NCBI GenBank assembly: GCA_039188975.1
Contig: JBCCYT010000006.1
Location: forward strand, 1-60,593
DNA: 60,593 nt
Direction of reading: 5' to 3'
Source: Actinomycetota bacterium
GTDB lineage: Bacteria > Actinomycetota > Acidimicrobiia > Acidimicrobiales > Aldehydirespiratoraceae
The notes beneath the pieces were generated by a model. It searched no databases. It was not told the DNA's origin and saw only the letters and a program-made list of their open reading frames with translations. Shown here in pieces: positions 9,120 through 18,076 of this stretch (positions are counted from its first letter, which is position 1; each line of letters opens with the position of its first letter). The position numbers were made by a program, and so were the translations under genes.

Positions 9120-9365
9120 TCATCCTCCCGAGACTGGGGGCAGCACCGCGACCTCATCGGTGTCGTTGACCGAATGGTCGCGGTCGGCCGGTTCGCCGTT
9201 GCACCAGACATTGCAGGTGGCAAGCAGACCAGCGAAGTCACCGTCAGGGCCGCCGTATTCGGTGATTGCCGCGTCGAGCACCTCGCCCACGGTCTCCCCG
9301 GCGATCGACGCCGAACCGGTGCCGGCGGCTTCCCGAATGGAGGCGAAGAGACGCAGGTGAGCCAT
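9120..9365 (-). CDS. MoaD/ThiS family sulfur carrier protein
   Basis: 81 aa; LRLFASIREAAG at the N-terminus and C-terminal EVAVLPPVSGG diglycine. Confidence 0.9.
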   Translation of the reverse strand: MAHLRLFASIREAAGTGSASIAGETVGEVLDAAITEYGGPDGDFAGLLATCNVWCNGEPADRDHSVNDTDEVAVLPPVSGG

Positions 9366-9489
9366 GCCCTCATCCTGCCCGATCGCCGACCAGAAGCGGT
9401 AGCGCTCGGCGACCGAACCGCGCTCGACGATTTCCACAGGGGAGGATCCCCAGCGGTGTCACAGGCCGTCGATACGGTCGGCGACCGCA

Positions 9490-10086
9490 ATGCTCAACCT
9501 TCTTCTCGCCCGGCACGGACAATCTGAATGGAACGCCGTCGGACGTTGGCAGGGCCAAGAAGACCCGCCTCTCACCGACCTCGGCAAGGCGCAGGCGCGC
9601 GGCGCGGCCCGGCAGTCCGGCAGCTTCGACGCCATCTTCGCCAGCGATCTCGAGCGGGCGTTGCACACGGCGACGATCATCTCCTCCGGCATCGGAATCG
9701 GGCCGGTGATCGTCGACCCGCGACTCAAGGAGCGGTTCGCGGGCGAGTACCAAGGGCTGACGCGAGACGAGATCGAGGCCCAGTTTCCGGGAAACCTGGA
9801 GGCGGGTATCTGGCCTCCGAGCTGGGAAGACGACGAGTCGGTCCTCGACCGGGTCATGGCATCGCTGGCCGACATCGTGGAGCACCTCGGCGGCCATGGC
9901 GATGTGTTGGCCGTCAGCCACGGCGGTGTGATCTACACCCTCGAAACGCACTTCGTGGGTGGTCATGAGCGGATTGAGAATCTGGGCGGGCGTTGGTTGC
10001 ACTTCGACGGGTCGAGGTGGCGACTCGGCGATCGACTGCTGCTCGCGCCCGACAACATCACCATCGACACCGAGGACATTGTCTGA
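9490..10086 (+). CDS. Histidine phosphatase (phosphoglycerate mutase-like) family protein
   Basis: RHGQSEWN, SDLERA and VSHGG motifs. Confidence 0.92.
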   Translation: MLNLLLARHGQSEWNAVGRWQGQEDPPLTDLGKAQARGAARQSGSFDAIFASDLERALHTATIISSGIGIGPVIVDPRLKERFAGEYQGLTRDEIEAQFPGNLEAGIWPPSWEDDESVLDRVMASLADIVEHLGGHGDVLAVSHGGVIYTLETHFVGGHERIENLGGRWLHFDGSRWRLGDRLLLAPDNITIDTEDIV

Positions 10087-10131
10087 TGGAGACCGTCTGA
10101 TGGAGACCGTCTGATGGAGACCGTCTGATGG
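10081..10131 (+). repeat. Tandem repeat, 14-bp unit GTCTGATGGAGACC, 3 full copies plus a partial copy
   Basis: Read directly: units at 10081, 10095 and 10109, then GTCTGATGG at 10123. Confidence 0.95.
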
Positions 10132-10688
10132 CCGGTGTGGCCGATGCGTCGGTGCCGCACGACCCCAGTCATCCTGTGCATGGCGCCCGACGGATGTCGT
10201 CGCGGTATCCGGTGGAGGTCATCCGTTCGGATCGCCGCAACAAGACGGTGTCGGCTCGCATCGTCGACGGTGTGATTCGTGTCCGGATACCGGCGTGGAT
10301 GACGCCCGAGGACGAAGCCAAGTTTGTTGACGATGTCGTCAACCGCATCGAACGAGAGCGTCGCTCGGCTGCGATCGACCTGACGGCCCGGGCCCGCTCG
10401 CTGGCCGATCGCTACGGATTGCCGTATCCGGCATCGGTCACCTGGTCGAAGATCCAGCGCCAGCGGTGGGGGTCATGCACGATCGGCACTGGCGAGATCC
10501 GCATCTCTGACCGCCTCGTCGATGTGCCGCCATGGGTGCTCGACAGTGTGTTGATCCATGAGCTCGCTCATCTGGTGGTGGCCGACCACGGTCCTGACTT
10601 CGAACGAATCATGTCCCGGTATCCGCTGCATGAGCGTGCGACGGGCTACCTGATGGCGGTCAGCGACCGGATCAACCAGCAGGGCTGA
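10128..10688 (+). CDS. M48/YgjP-like (DUF45) zinc metallopeptidase family protein
   Basis: RSDRRNKTVSAR, QRQRWGSCT and VLIHELAHL (HExxH). Start may be the internal Met near 10194. Confidence 0.88.
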   Translation: MAGVADASVPHDPSHPVHGARRMSSRYPVEVIRSDRRNKTVSARIVDGVIRVRIPAWMTPEDEAKFVDDVVNRIERERRSAAIDLTARARSLADRYGLPYPASVTWSKIQRQRWGSCTIGTGEIRISDRLVDVPPWVLDSVLIHELAHLVVADHGPDFERIMSRYPLHERATGYLMAVSDRINQQG

Positions 10689-10691
10689 CGG

Positions 10692-12227
10692 TCAGGCGTC
10701 GTCGGCGTAGAACCGGGCTGCACCATCGGCATGGGTCTGCGCCGCGTTGCTGACCCCGCTCTCGATCCAAGCCACCTCGGCCTCACCCATGGGGGTTGAG
10801 GGCGGCGCGTCGGTCCAAAGCCAGAGTTCCTCGCTGATCGCTCGCCAGTTGGCGGTCGCTTCGAGTTTGCCCATCAACGAAAAGAGGCCGAGGTTGATGC
10901 GCTGGATCAAGGCGAAGGTCGGTGGGACGTTCGCGTGCTTGAGAATCTCGTTGGTCCGGGCGTCGAAGGTCTTGTAGAGCAGGCGACCGGCATACTCCGA
11001 CGTGACCGTCATCTCCTGGTTGTCGAGGATCAGTTCGTAGTAGGCGGTGAACCAGTCGTAGATCTCGTCGTCGGTGAACGGCGCGTTGGGGCGCAGAACA
11101 TTGACCTCTTCGGCGGTGCGGCGAAACTCCGCGGCATCGCGATCGAGCATCGCCCGGATGAGGCGGGCGAACTGGCCGACCTCATCGGCTTCGAAGTGCT
11201 TCACCAACCCGAAGTCGATGAACGCAACGCGGCCGTCGGCGGCGAGCAAGTAGTTCCCGGGGTGGGGGTCGCCGTTGAAGACGTATTGGCGATTGAGGCT
11301 GCGAAACACGAATCGGTAGAGCGTTTCGGCGACACGATCGCGCTCTTCTTGGCTGCGATCGTAGATCGCCTCGAACCGTTCACCTTCGACGAACTCGGTC
11401 GTGAGAACGGTGCCACTCGACAGTTCGTCGATCACGTCCGGGATCCAGATGGTGGGGTGGCCCCGGTAGTACGCAGCGAAGAGGCCGACGTTGGCCGCCT
11501 CGTTTCGATAGTCGAGTTCTTCGTTGATCCGAGCTCGCAGTTCCTCGACGAGGTCGATCGGCTCGAGGCCGGGGAACACAACGCTGAGCATCATGGCAAG
11601 CGTTTCGGAGTTGTCGAGATCAGCCGCGATTGCCGCGGCGATGCCCGGGTACTGAACCTTCACGGCGACGGGGCGGCCGTCGATGGTGACGGCCTTGTGG
11701 ACCTGGCCGATCGACGCCGACGCGATCGGTGTCGGGTCGATCGAGTCGAACAGTTCATGCAGCGGGCGGCCGAGTCCCGCTTCGATCTCGCTGAGCGCCA
11801 GGTCTCCAGGCATCGGCGGGGCGTCGCTTCGGAGGCCGGCCAACGCCTCCCGCATCGGCTCGGGCATGCCTTCGTCGAGATAGCTGGCCATCTGGCCGAG
11901 CTTCATCATCGCGCCCTTCATGTGACCGAGGGCCGCGACGACGTCTTCGGCGTCGCGTCGCTCGAGATCGGCCTGCAGCCGCCGACGCTCCTCGTCACTC
12001 GCGAGGCGCTGGCGCGCCTTGGTCCAGGTCCGGTCGCGAGCTCGCCGGACGGCCAGCTTTGCCATCGCGGCGCTGCGGGCGCCGCGGCTGGTTGAGGTCA
12101 GGGGCGAATGCGGGTCCCCGCCTGACGCGGCGGTGAGCCGTTGCCGCACCGCAGCGACCGCCGCGAGGGCAGCACCCGCCAGCGCAAGGCGAGTCAGTCC
12201 CTTGATGACCGTTCGCCCACGTGCCAT
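10692..12227 (-). CDS. ABC1/UbiB/AarF family atypical kinase
   Basis: MKLGQ, ASASIGQVHKA, VAVKVQYPG, GDPHPGN and IDFG motifs. Start trimmed to ATG 12227. Confidence 0.93.
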   Translation of the reverse strand: MARGRTVIKGLTRLALAGAALAAVAAVRQRLTAASGGDPHSPLTSTSRGARSAAMAKLAVRRARDRTWTKARQRLASDEERRRLQADLERRDAEDVVAALGHMKGAMMKLGQMASYLDEGMPEPMREALAGLRSDAPPMPGDLALSEIEAGLGRPLHELFDSIDPTPIASASIGQVHKAVTIDGRPVAVKVQYPGIAAAIAADLDNSETLAMMLSVVFPGLEPIDLVEELRARINEELDYRNEAANVGLFAAYYRGHPTIWIPDVIDELSSGTVLTTEFVEGERFEAIYDRSQEERDRVAETLYRFVFRSLNRQYVFNGDPHPGNYLLAADGRVAFIDFGLVKHFEADEVGQFARLIRAMLDRDAAEFRRTAEEVNVLRPNAPFTDDEIYDWFTAYYELILDNQEMTVTSEYAGRLLYKTFDARTNEILKHANVPPTFALIQRINLGLFSLMGKLEATANWRAISEELWLWTDAPPSTPMGEAEVAWIESGVSNAAQTHADGAARFYADDA

Positions 12228-12228
12228 G

Positions 12229-12483
12229 TCACCCCTCGCCGGTGGGCGACTCCGGGTGACCGGGGCGGCCCTGGTCGTCGTCTCCAACCGCGCCGTCGAG
12301 TGATGCTGCGAGGGCCTCGGCCTGGTCGAGATCTTCGGCGTCGATCGCCTGCATCGCTGCTTCGACCGTGTCGAACGCAGCTGCGATTTCGTCGAGTTGC
12401 GGCTCACGAGCTTCAGGTTCCCCGGCATCGATGTCGGCACCGGGTTCGGGTGTGTCGGTCTCGTCGAGCGGGGCGTCGTGCAT
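12229..12483 (-). CDS. Small acidic hypothetical protein (84 aa)
   Basis: MHDAPLDETD...QLDEIAAAFDTVEAAMQAIDAEDLDQAEALAASL. It fills the gap upstream of the ABC1 kinase and its stop lies just before the kinase ATG. Confidence 0.55.
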   Translation of the reverse strand: MHDAPLDETDTPEPGADIDAGEPEAREPQLDEIAAAFDTVEAAMQAIDAEDLDQAEALAASLDGAVGDDDQGRPGHPESPTGEG

Positions 12484-12543
12484 CGCGCCCGAGGCTAGCC
12501 ACCACGATGTGGTTTGGGCGCACGGTCGTTTAGGGTCTTCGAC

Positions 12544-13704
12544 ATGGCCTCTCCTGAGCTGATCCCTACTGCAACGATCGCCGAACGCATCGGCGATCTG
12601 GTCCGCATCCCCAGCGTCAATCCGTTGCAAGCAGGCGCACTCTCGGGTCACGACGGTGAGGTGGCCATGTCGAACTGGCTCGCCGAGCGAGCAGCGGATC
12701 TCGGCGCCGACGTCACTACCGACGAGGTCATCGATGGCCGCAAGAACGTCTATGCACGATTTGAAGGCCAGTCCGACAAGACGATCGTGGTGGACGTCCA
12801 CATCGACACCGTCGGCGTCGAGCACATGACTGACCCTCCATTCGACGGACGCATCGAAGACGACCGGGTGTATGGCCGCGGATCGGTCGACACCAAGGCA
12901 AGCCTTGCGATCGTGCTGTCGGTGATCGAGGAAATGCGACGCACGGGTGAACGTCCGATGCCCACGATCAATGTGGTCGGGACGGTAGCTGAGGAGGTTG
13001 GCGGACTGCTCGGTGCCGGCCGCTTTGCCACCTGGCTGGCGATGAACAACGAACGGGTTGACCAGATGATCGTCGCCGAGCCAACCAACTGTGCTCCGGT
13101 CTACGGCCACAAGGGTGGCGTCGGCATGGAAGTGACCGTGCACGGTCACGCCTGCCATTCATCGCAGCCTCACCTCGGTGTCAATGCGATCAGCGGTGCC
13201 GGTCGAGTCATCGATGCGATCGACGCCGAGCAAGAACGCATCGATGCCATGGAACCCGCAACCGAGGTCGGGAACGGTTCGGTCGCCGTTCTCACCATGG
13301 AGGGCGGCGTGGCCCGCAACATCATTCCACCCCACGCATCGATGTACATCGGGCGCCGGGTGGCACCGCTCGAAGACCCCGAGGAGATCTTCGAACATCT
13401 CGCTGCGATCACGCGTGCAGCAGCCGACCCTTGCGCGGTCGACATCTCGCTCGAGGCTGCATTCAAGGGCTTCTACCAAAGCCCAGACTCACCGCTGATT
13501 CGATGGTTGGCCGAGCAGGGCGAGACCGATCCCGATGTCGTGACCTATGGCAGCAACGCGTTGCAGTACGGCGACACAGGCGCGGAGATCGTCGTGTTTG
13601 GCCCCGGCTCCATCGATCAGGCCCACCAGGCCGTCGAGTGGATCGACATCGACGAAGTCGACAAAGCCGCTCGTCTTTACCGGCGCCTCTTCCGCGCCGC
13701 GTAG
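12544..13704 (+). CDS. M20/ArgE-DapE family metallohydrolase
   Basis: HIDTV, GRGSVDTK, AEEVG, AEPT, GHACHSS and QAHQAVEW motifs. Confidence 0.9.
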   Translation: MASPELIPTATIAERIGDLVRIPSVNPLQAGALSGHDGEVAMSNWLAERAADLGADVTTDEVIDGRKNVYARFEGQSDKTIVVDVHIDTVGVEHMTDPPFDGRIEDDRVYGRGSVDTKASLAIVLSVIEEMRRTGERPMPTINVVGTVAEEVGGLLGAGRFATWLAMNNERVDQMIVAEPTNCAPVYGHKGGVGMEVTVHGHACHSSQPHLGVNAISGAGRVIDAIDAEQERIDAMEPATEVGNGSVAVLTMEGGVARNIIPPHASMYIGRRVAPLEDPEEIFEHLAAITRAAADPCAVDISLEAAFKGFYQSPDSPLIRWLAEQGETDPDVVTYGSNALQYGDTGAEIVVFGPGSIDQAHQAVEWIDIDEVDKAARLYRRLFRAA

Positions 13705-13720
13705 GACATCGTTGGCTGCG

Positions 13721-14617
13721 TCAGGTGTGTTGGCGGAGCCAATCGACCAGAAGATCGGCACCTGCCGTCCGGCGGTCGTGTGGCCAGGTGACGTAGTAGC
13801 CGCGACCAGACGCCACCTCGGGTCCCACAATTGTCAGCGCATCGCCATCGACGAGATCGTCGATGAGTCCTCGCCACCCCAGCGCAACGCCCCGGCCCAC
13901 GAGCGCCTGCTGGATCACCATCGGGTAGTTCTGGAAAAGCACCCGCCCGGGCAGTCGCTCGAGTGCCATGCCGCAACCGGCGAGCCAGTCGGACCACGCC
14001 ATCCAGGGGGCATCGCCATCGTCCATGTTGATGAAGGGAACCTGGTGAATGTCCTGCGGCGTACTGCCCGCGTGCAGGCCGTGCTCGGCCGCGAATGCGG
14101 GAGAGCAAACCGGAACCACTCGTTCAGTGAAGAGCAGCTCAGCATCGTGGCCGGGGAAGACGCCGTCGCCGATGCGGATGGCGGCGTCATACCCACCGCC
14201 GACGACGTCGGTGTCACGATCGAAGAGCCACAGTCGCAGATCGAGCGGGTGAAGCGCAGCGCTGAGTTCGTCGAGCCGAGGGACCAACCACAGCTGGGCA
14301 ACGCCGGGGTGGGTGGCGAGCACGAACGCACCGCTGACCGCCGTGAACTCGTTGACCCCGGCGTCGAGCCGATCGAGGCCCGCGGCGACATGGCCGTGCA
14401 AGCGACGGCCTGCCTCGCTGAGTTCGCTCCGATTCGATGACCGGATGAACAGATCGCGACCAAGGCTTCGTTCAAGCGCCCGAATCTGGCGGGTCACCGC
14501 CGGCTGGGTCATGCCGAGCTCGCGCGCCGCGGCGGAGAACCCGCCCAACCGGGCAGCTGCGTCGAAGACGGCGAGACGGTGGAGTCGGCCGACCTTGCGG
14601 GTCACCGGGCGTGCCAT
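13721..14617 (-). CDS. LysR family transcriptional regulator (GcvA-like)
   Basis: N-terminal HTH FSAAARELGMTQPAVTRQIRALE, WLVPRL; divergent from the TauD-family gene. Confidence 0.93.
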   Translation of the reverse strand: MARPVTRKVGRLHRLAVFDAAARLGGFSAAARELGMTQPAVTRQIRALERSLGRDLFIRSSNRSELSEAGRRLHGHVAAGLDRLDAGVNEFTAVSGAFVLATHPGVAQLWLVPRLDELSAALHPLDLRLWLFDRDTDVVGGGYDAAIRIGDGVFPGHDAELLFTERVVPVCSPAFAAEHGLHAGSTPQDIHQVPFINMDDGDAPWMAWSDWLAGCGMALERLPGRVLFQNYPMVIQQALVGRGVALGWRGLIDDLVDGDALTIVGPEVASGRGYYVTWPHDRRTAGADLLVDWLRQHT

Positions 14618-14687
14618 GCCTTCAGGTTATGGCAGCTTCACAAAAAGGAGGCTGTTCGAGCCCTAACCCCGCTGTCAGAGTCATGCC

Positions 14688-15839
14688 ATGACGTTGCTCA
14701 CCTCTCGCACCTCCGCCGTCGTTGCGATCAACGGACATGTCGATCTTCACCTCAACGGCCGTTCCGCTCGGCTTCATCCCCAGTGGCTCCGGGAGCAGTC
14801 GACCGAGCCGGGCCAGATCGAAGCTACCAACCGCCAACGCCTGTTCACGCCACTCGACATCGAGCCCGGAATGGTGGCCGTCGCAGCAGAACTCCACGGC
14901 GAGACCGTGACCGTGACCTTCTCCGATGGCCATCGCTGTGAGCTCTCGATCACCACGCTCACCCATCGGCTCGGTTGGATCGACGACCCTGAGGCACCGC
15001 CCGCTCCCGTCGCATGGAGCCACACCGCACCGTTCCCGACCGTCTCGTGGCCAACGATCGCCGGCTCGCTCGCCGAACCCGGGGTCGCCGCTGCCACCGC
15101 ATCGTTCCTCGCCGACTTCGCCCGTCACGGGTTCGTGATCATCACCAACACGCCGACGGTCGAGGGCACCGTGGCCGAGATCGCCAACCACATCGGGTAC
15201 ATCTCCGGCAACAACTTCGGGTGGGTCTTCAACGTCCGCACCGAGCCCAAACCGACCGACCTGGCATACACGGCGATCGAACTGAAGGCGCACACCGACC
15301 AGCCGTACCGCAAAGCCCAGCCGGGCCTGCAGCTCCTTCATTGTCTGGCGAACGAGGCCGAGGGTGGCGACTCCGTGCTCGTCGACGGACTCGCCGCGAC
15401 CGAAGCGCTCCGGCAAACGCGGCCTGACCTTCACCACGTCCTGGCCACCACCGACGTCGAGTTCCGCTACGACATGGGCAGCGACGTCGTCGTCGACTCG
15501 GGACCTGTCATCGAACTCGACCCGACCGGACGGTTCCGTCAACTGCGATTCAACACCAAGCTCGACCTTCCCGTTCCGGTCGACGGTGTCGACCTCGACT
15601 CGTGGTACGAGGGCCGACGCTGGCTGGCTGCGTGGATGGACGACCGAGCGCACCAGGTGGCGTTCCGACTGGGGACCGGCGACCTCATGTTCATGGACAA
15701 CCATCGGGTCTTGCACGGACGAACTTCGTTCGACCCGACGTCGGGCCTCCGGCACCTCCAAGGCTGCTACATCGAACACAACGGTCCCGATACCCGGTAC
15801 CGCCTCGCCATGCGCCACCTCGCAGGCGACGCGCACTGA
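14688..15839 (+). CDS. TauD/TfdA family Fe(II)/2-oxoglutarate dioxygenase, gamma-butyrobetaine hydroxylase-like
   Basis: N-terminal WLRE...FSDGH module, HTD (HxD), DNHRVLHGR and RHLQGCY motifs. Confidence 0.88.
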   Translation: MTLLTSRTSAVVAINGHVDLHLNGRSARLHPQWLREQSTEPGQIEATNRQRLFTPLDIEPGMVAVAAELHGETVTVTFSDGHRCELSITTLTHRLGWIDDPEAPPAPVAWSHTAPFPTVSWPTIAGSLAEPGVAAATASFLADFARHGFVIITNTPTVEGTVAEIANHIGYISGNNFGWVFNVRTEPKPTDLAYTAIELKAHTDQPYRKAQPGLQLLHCLANEAEGGDSVLVDGLAATEALRQTRPDLHHVLATTDVEFRYDMGSDVVVDSGPVIELDPTGRFRQLRFNTKLDLPVPVDGVDLDSWYEGRRWLAAWMDDRAHQVAFRLGTGDLMFMDNHRVLHGRTSFDPTSGLRHLQGCYIEHNGPDTRYRLAMRHLAGDAH

Positions 15840-15861
15840 TCCAGAGAGGCGACCGATCAAA

Positions 15862-16809
15862 TCAGGACGGATCGACCGATCTGTCCACAAACGTCGCCGG
15901 GTCGAGGCGACGGCGATCGACGCGGAGATCGAGAACATCGGGCCGCGAGTAGTGGCCGGCCGGATCGAAGTTGTGGCGGGCGCGATGGACGTCAGCGAGC
16001 TCGAGATCAGCGAAGACGATCACCTCGGCATGGCGTTCGGCTTGGGCAACCACCTCGCCGCCCGCCGCACAGATCATCGTGCCGCCGTTGTAGTAGCGGT
16101 TGCGCATGGCCAGCATTTCGTTGCGCAGCGGGAAGTCGGTGGGAATGTGTTCCTCCCGCAGGACAGCACCGACAGACAGCACGTGGCACCGTCCCTCCAT
16201 GGCGATGAAGTGCGTGATGCTCTCCGTGAGTTGGGTGGATCCCGGCCACACGGCGACGTGGAGCTGCGTTCCTTGGGCGTACATGGCCGTGCGAGCGAGC
16301 GGCATCCAGTTCTCCCAGCAGTTCAACCCGCTGACTCGCCAGCCGTTCGTTTCGTGAACCCGAAGCCCATGGCCATCGCCATCACTCCACACCATGCGTT
16401 CGCCGAACGTCGGCTTCAGCTTGCGATGGACGCCAACGATGCCGTCGGCTGGGTCGATCGCCACGAGTGAGCAGTACACCGATTCCGCCGACGCCGCCCG
16501 TTCGACCACGCCGACATATGCGAACACGCCAAGGTCGCGACAGGCAGTGGTCACCGCGTCGAGTTGGCCACCGTCGATGTCGACCGCCGACTCGACATAC
16601 CAGCGGAACGCATCCTGTTGATCGGCCTTTTCCCATGCGGAGGCGTCGGTGATGTCGACCCACGCCGGGTAGCCGGCGATGAAGGTCTCCGGGAACGCCA
16701 CCAGCTCGGCTCCACCCGCTGCCGCCTCATGCAACGAATCGATCACGAGCGAGGTCGTGGCTTCCCGATCGAGCCAGACCGGCGCAGCTTGAACTCCGGC
16801 AACACGCAT
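15862..16809 (-). CDS. Nitrilase (carbon-nitrogen hydrolase family)
   Basis: FPET, HRKLKPT, CWENWMP catalytic E-K-C triad, and DPAGHYSRPD. Confidence 0.93.
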   Translation of the reverse strand: MRVAGVQAAPVWLDREATTSLVIDSLHEAAAGGAELVAFPETFIAGYPAWVDITDASAWEKADQQDAFRWYVESAVDIDGGQLDAVTTACRDLGVFAYVGVVERAASAESVYCSLVAIDPADGIVGVHRKLKPTFGERMVWSDGDGHGLRVHETNGWRVSGLNCWENWMPLARTAMYAQGTQLHVAVWPGSTQLTESITHFIAMEGRCHVLSVGAVLREEHIPTDFPLRNEMLAMRNRYYNGGTMICAAGGEVVAQAERHAEVIVFADLELADVHRARHNFDPAGHYSRPDVLDLRVDRRRLDPATFVDRSVDPS

Positions 16810-16830
16810 GGCCGGACGGTAGTCGGGCGA

Positions 16831-18033
16831 TCAGCGCAAGGCCTGATAGACGGTCGCCTTGAGTTCCCGACGTATCGGATAGGCGGAGCTCGGCATGAAC
16901 TGCGTCATGAACACGCACGTGACCTCCTCGACCGGATCGACCCAGAAGGCGGTGCTCGCGGCACCGCCCCACGCGAACTCCCCGAACGAACTGACAGCGC
17001 CGTTGCGAGCGGGGTCGACCAGACTCGAGAAGCCGAGGCCGAACCCCATGCCATCCATCACCGCTTCGGAGAACGTCGACTGGCCGAGCTCGTTCAGCGT
17101 CTTGCCCCCGGGCAGGTGGTTGAGGGTCATGTACTCAAGGGTCTTGCGGCCGATGATCCGGTGGCCGTCGAGTTCACCGCCGTTGCCCAACATGTCGACG
17201 AAGCGCTGGTAGTCGTCGATCGTCGAGACCAGCCCACCGCCCCCGGAGAGAAAGGTCGCCGGCTGCAGATACCGGCTGGAATCGAAACTCTCGACGAGCG
17301 TGAGGTCGGCCGCTGCCGTCCGCATGTAATTCGAGGTGAACCGGTCGGCCTTGTCGGCCGGAACGTCGAACGCCGTGTCGATCATGCCGAGGGGCCCAAG
17401 GACGTGCTCGTTCAGATACGTATCGAGCGAGGAATCCGAAAGCACCTCCACGAGCCGACCGCACACGTCGGTTGACATCGAGTAGTTCCATGCCGTGCCC
17501 GGATCGAAGACGAGCGGCTTGGCCGCCAGTTGCTTCATGCCTTCCTCGAGCGTCACCTCGGGAAGGCCGAAGTTGCCGAGATTGTCGTCGCGATACATCG
17601 CATCGACATTGTTCTGGAAGAAGAAGCCATAGGTCAGACCGGAGGTGTGCGCGAGCACATCCTTCACGGTCATCACCGTCTGCGCCGGCCGGGTCTGAGG
17701 TGCGGTCAGCGAACCGCCGACATAGACCTGAGGTTCGGCGAACTCCGGAATGTACGCCGCCACCGGATCCTCGAGCAGCACGTCGCCCTGCTCGTACAGC
17801 TGCATCAACGCAACCGACGTGATCGGTTTCGTCATCGAATAGATGCGATACAGCGCATCGTCAGCAAGAGGTCGGTCGGTCGCCACATCGGCTCGGCCAA
17901 CGGTGTGCCGAAGCGCAACCTCGCCACGGTGGGCGACCTGGACCTGCGCACCCGCGAACTTCCCGTCTGCGACATAGCGATCAGCCAGGGCCGCGACCCG
18001 CCGAAGCCGATCCTGATCGAACCCATCGCTCAT
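16831..18033 (-). CDS. Serine hydrolase (beta-lactamase/esterase family VIII)
   Basis: YSMTKP (SxxK), HTSGLTY, WNYS and WGGAAST motifs. Confidence 0.92.
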   Translation of the reverse strand: MSDGFDQDRLRRVAALADRYVADGKFAGAQVQVAHRGEVALRHTVGRADVATDRPLADDALYRIYSMTKPITSVALMQLYEQGDVLLEDPVAAYIPEFAEPQVYVGGSLTAPQTRPAQTVMTVKDVLAHTSGLTYGFFFQNNVDAMYRDDNLGNFGLPEVTLEEGMKQLAAKPLVFDPGTAWNYSMSTDVCGRLVEVLSDSSLDTYLNEHVLGPLGMIDTAFDVPADKADRFTSNYMRTAAADLTLVESFDSSRYLQPATFLSGGGGLVSTIDDYQRFVDMLGNGGELDGHRIIGRKTLEYMTLNHLPGGKTLNELGQSTFSEAVMDGMGFGLGFSSLVDPARNGAVSSFGEFAWGGAASTAFWVDPVEEVTCVFMTQFMPSSAYPIRRELKATVYQALR

Positions 18034-18076
18034 ATTCCCCCCTCGTGTTCCACCGCGAGACAGCTTCGCGTCGTGA

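Noticed and set aside
16831-18033. Antibiotic-resistance calls for the beta-lactamase-like gene and the APH-like gene (55538-56443)
   Set aside because: Motifs support only the broad esterase and small-molecule kinase families; there is no mobile context or specific resistance signature.
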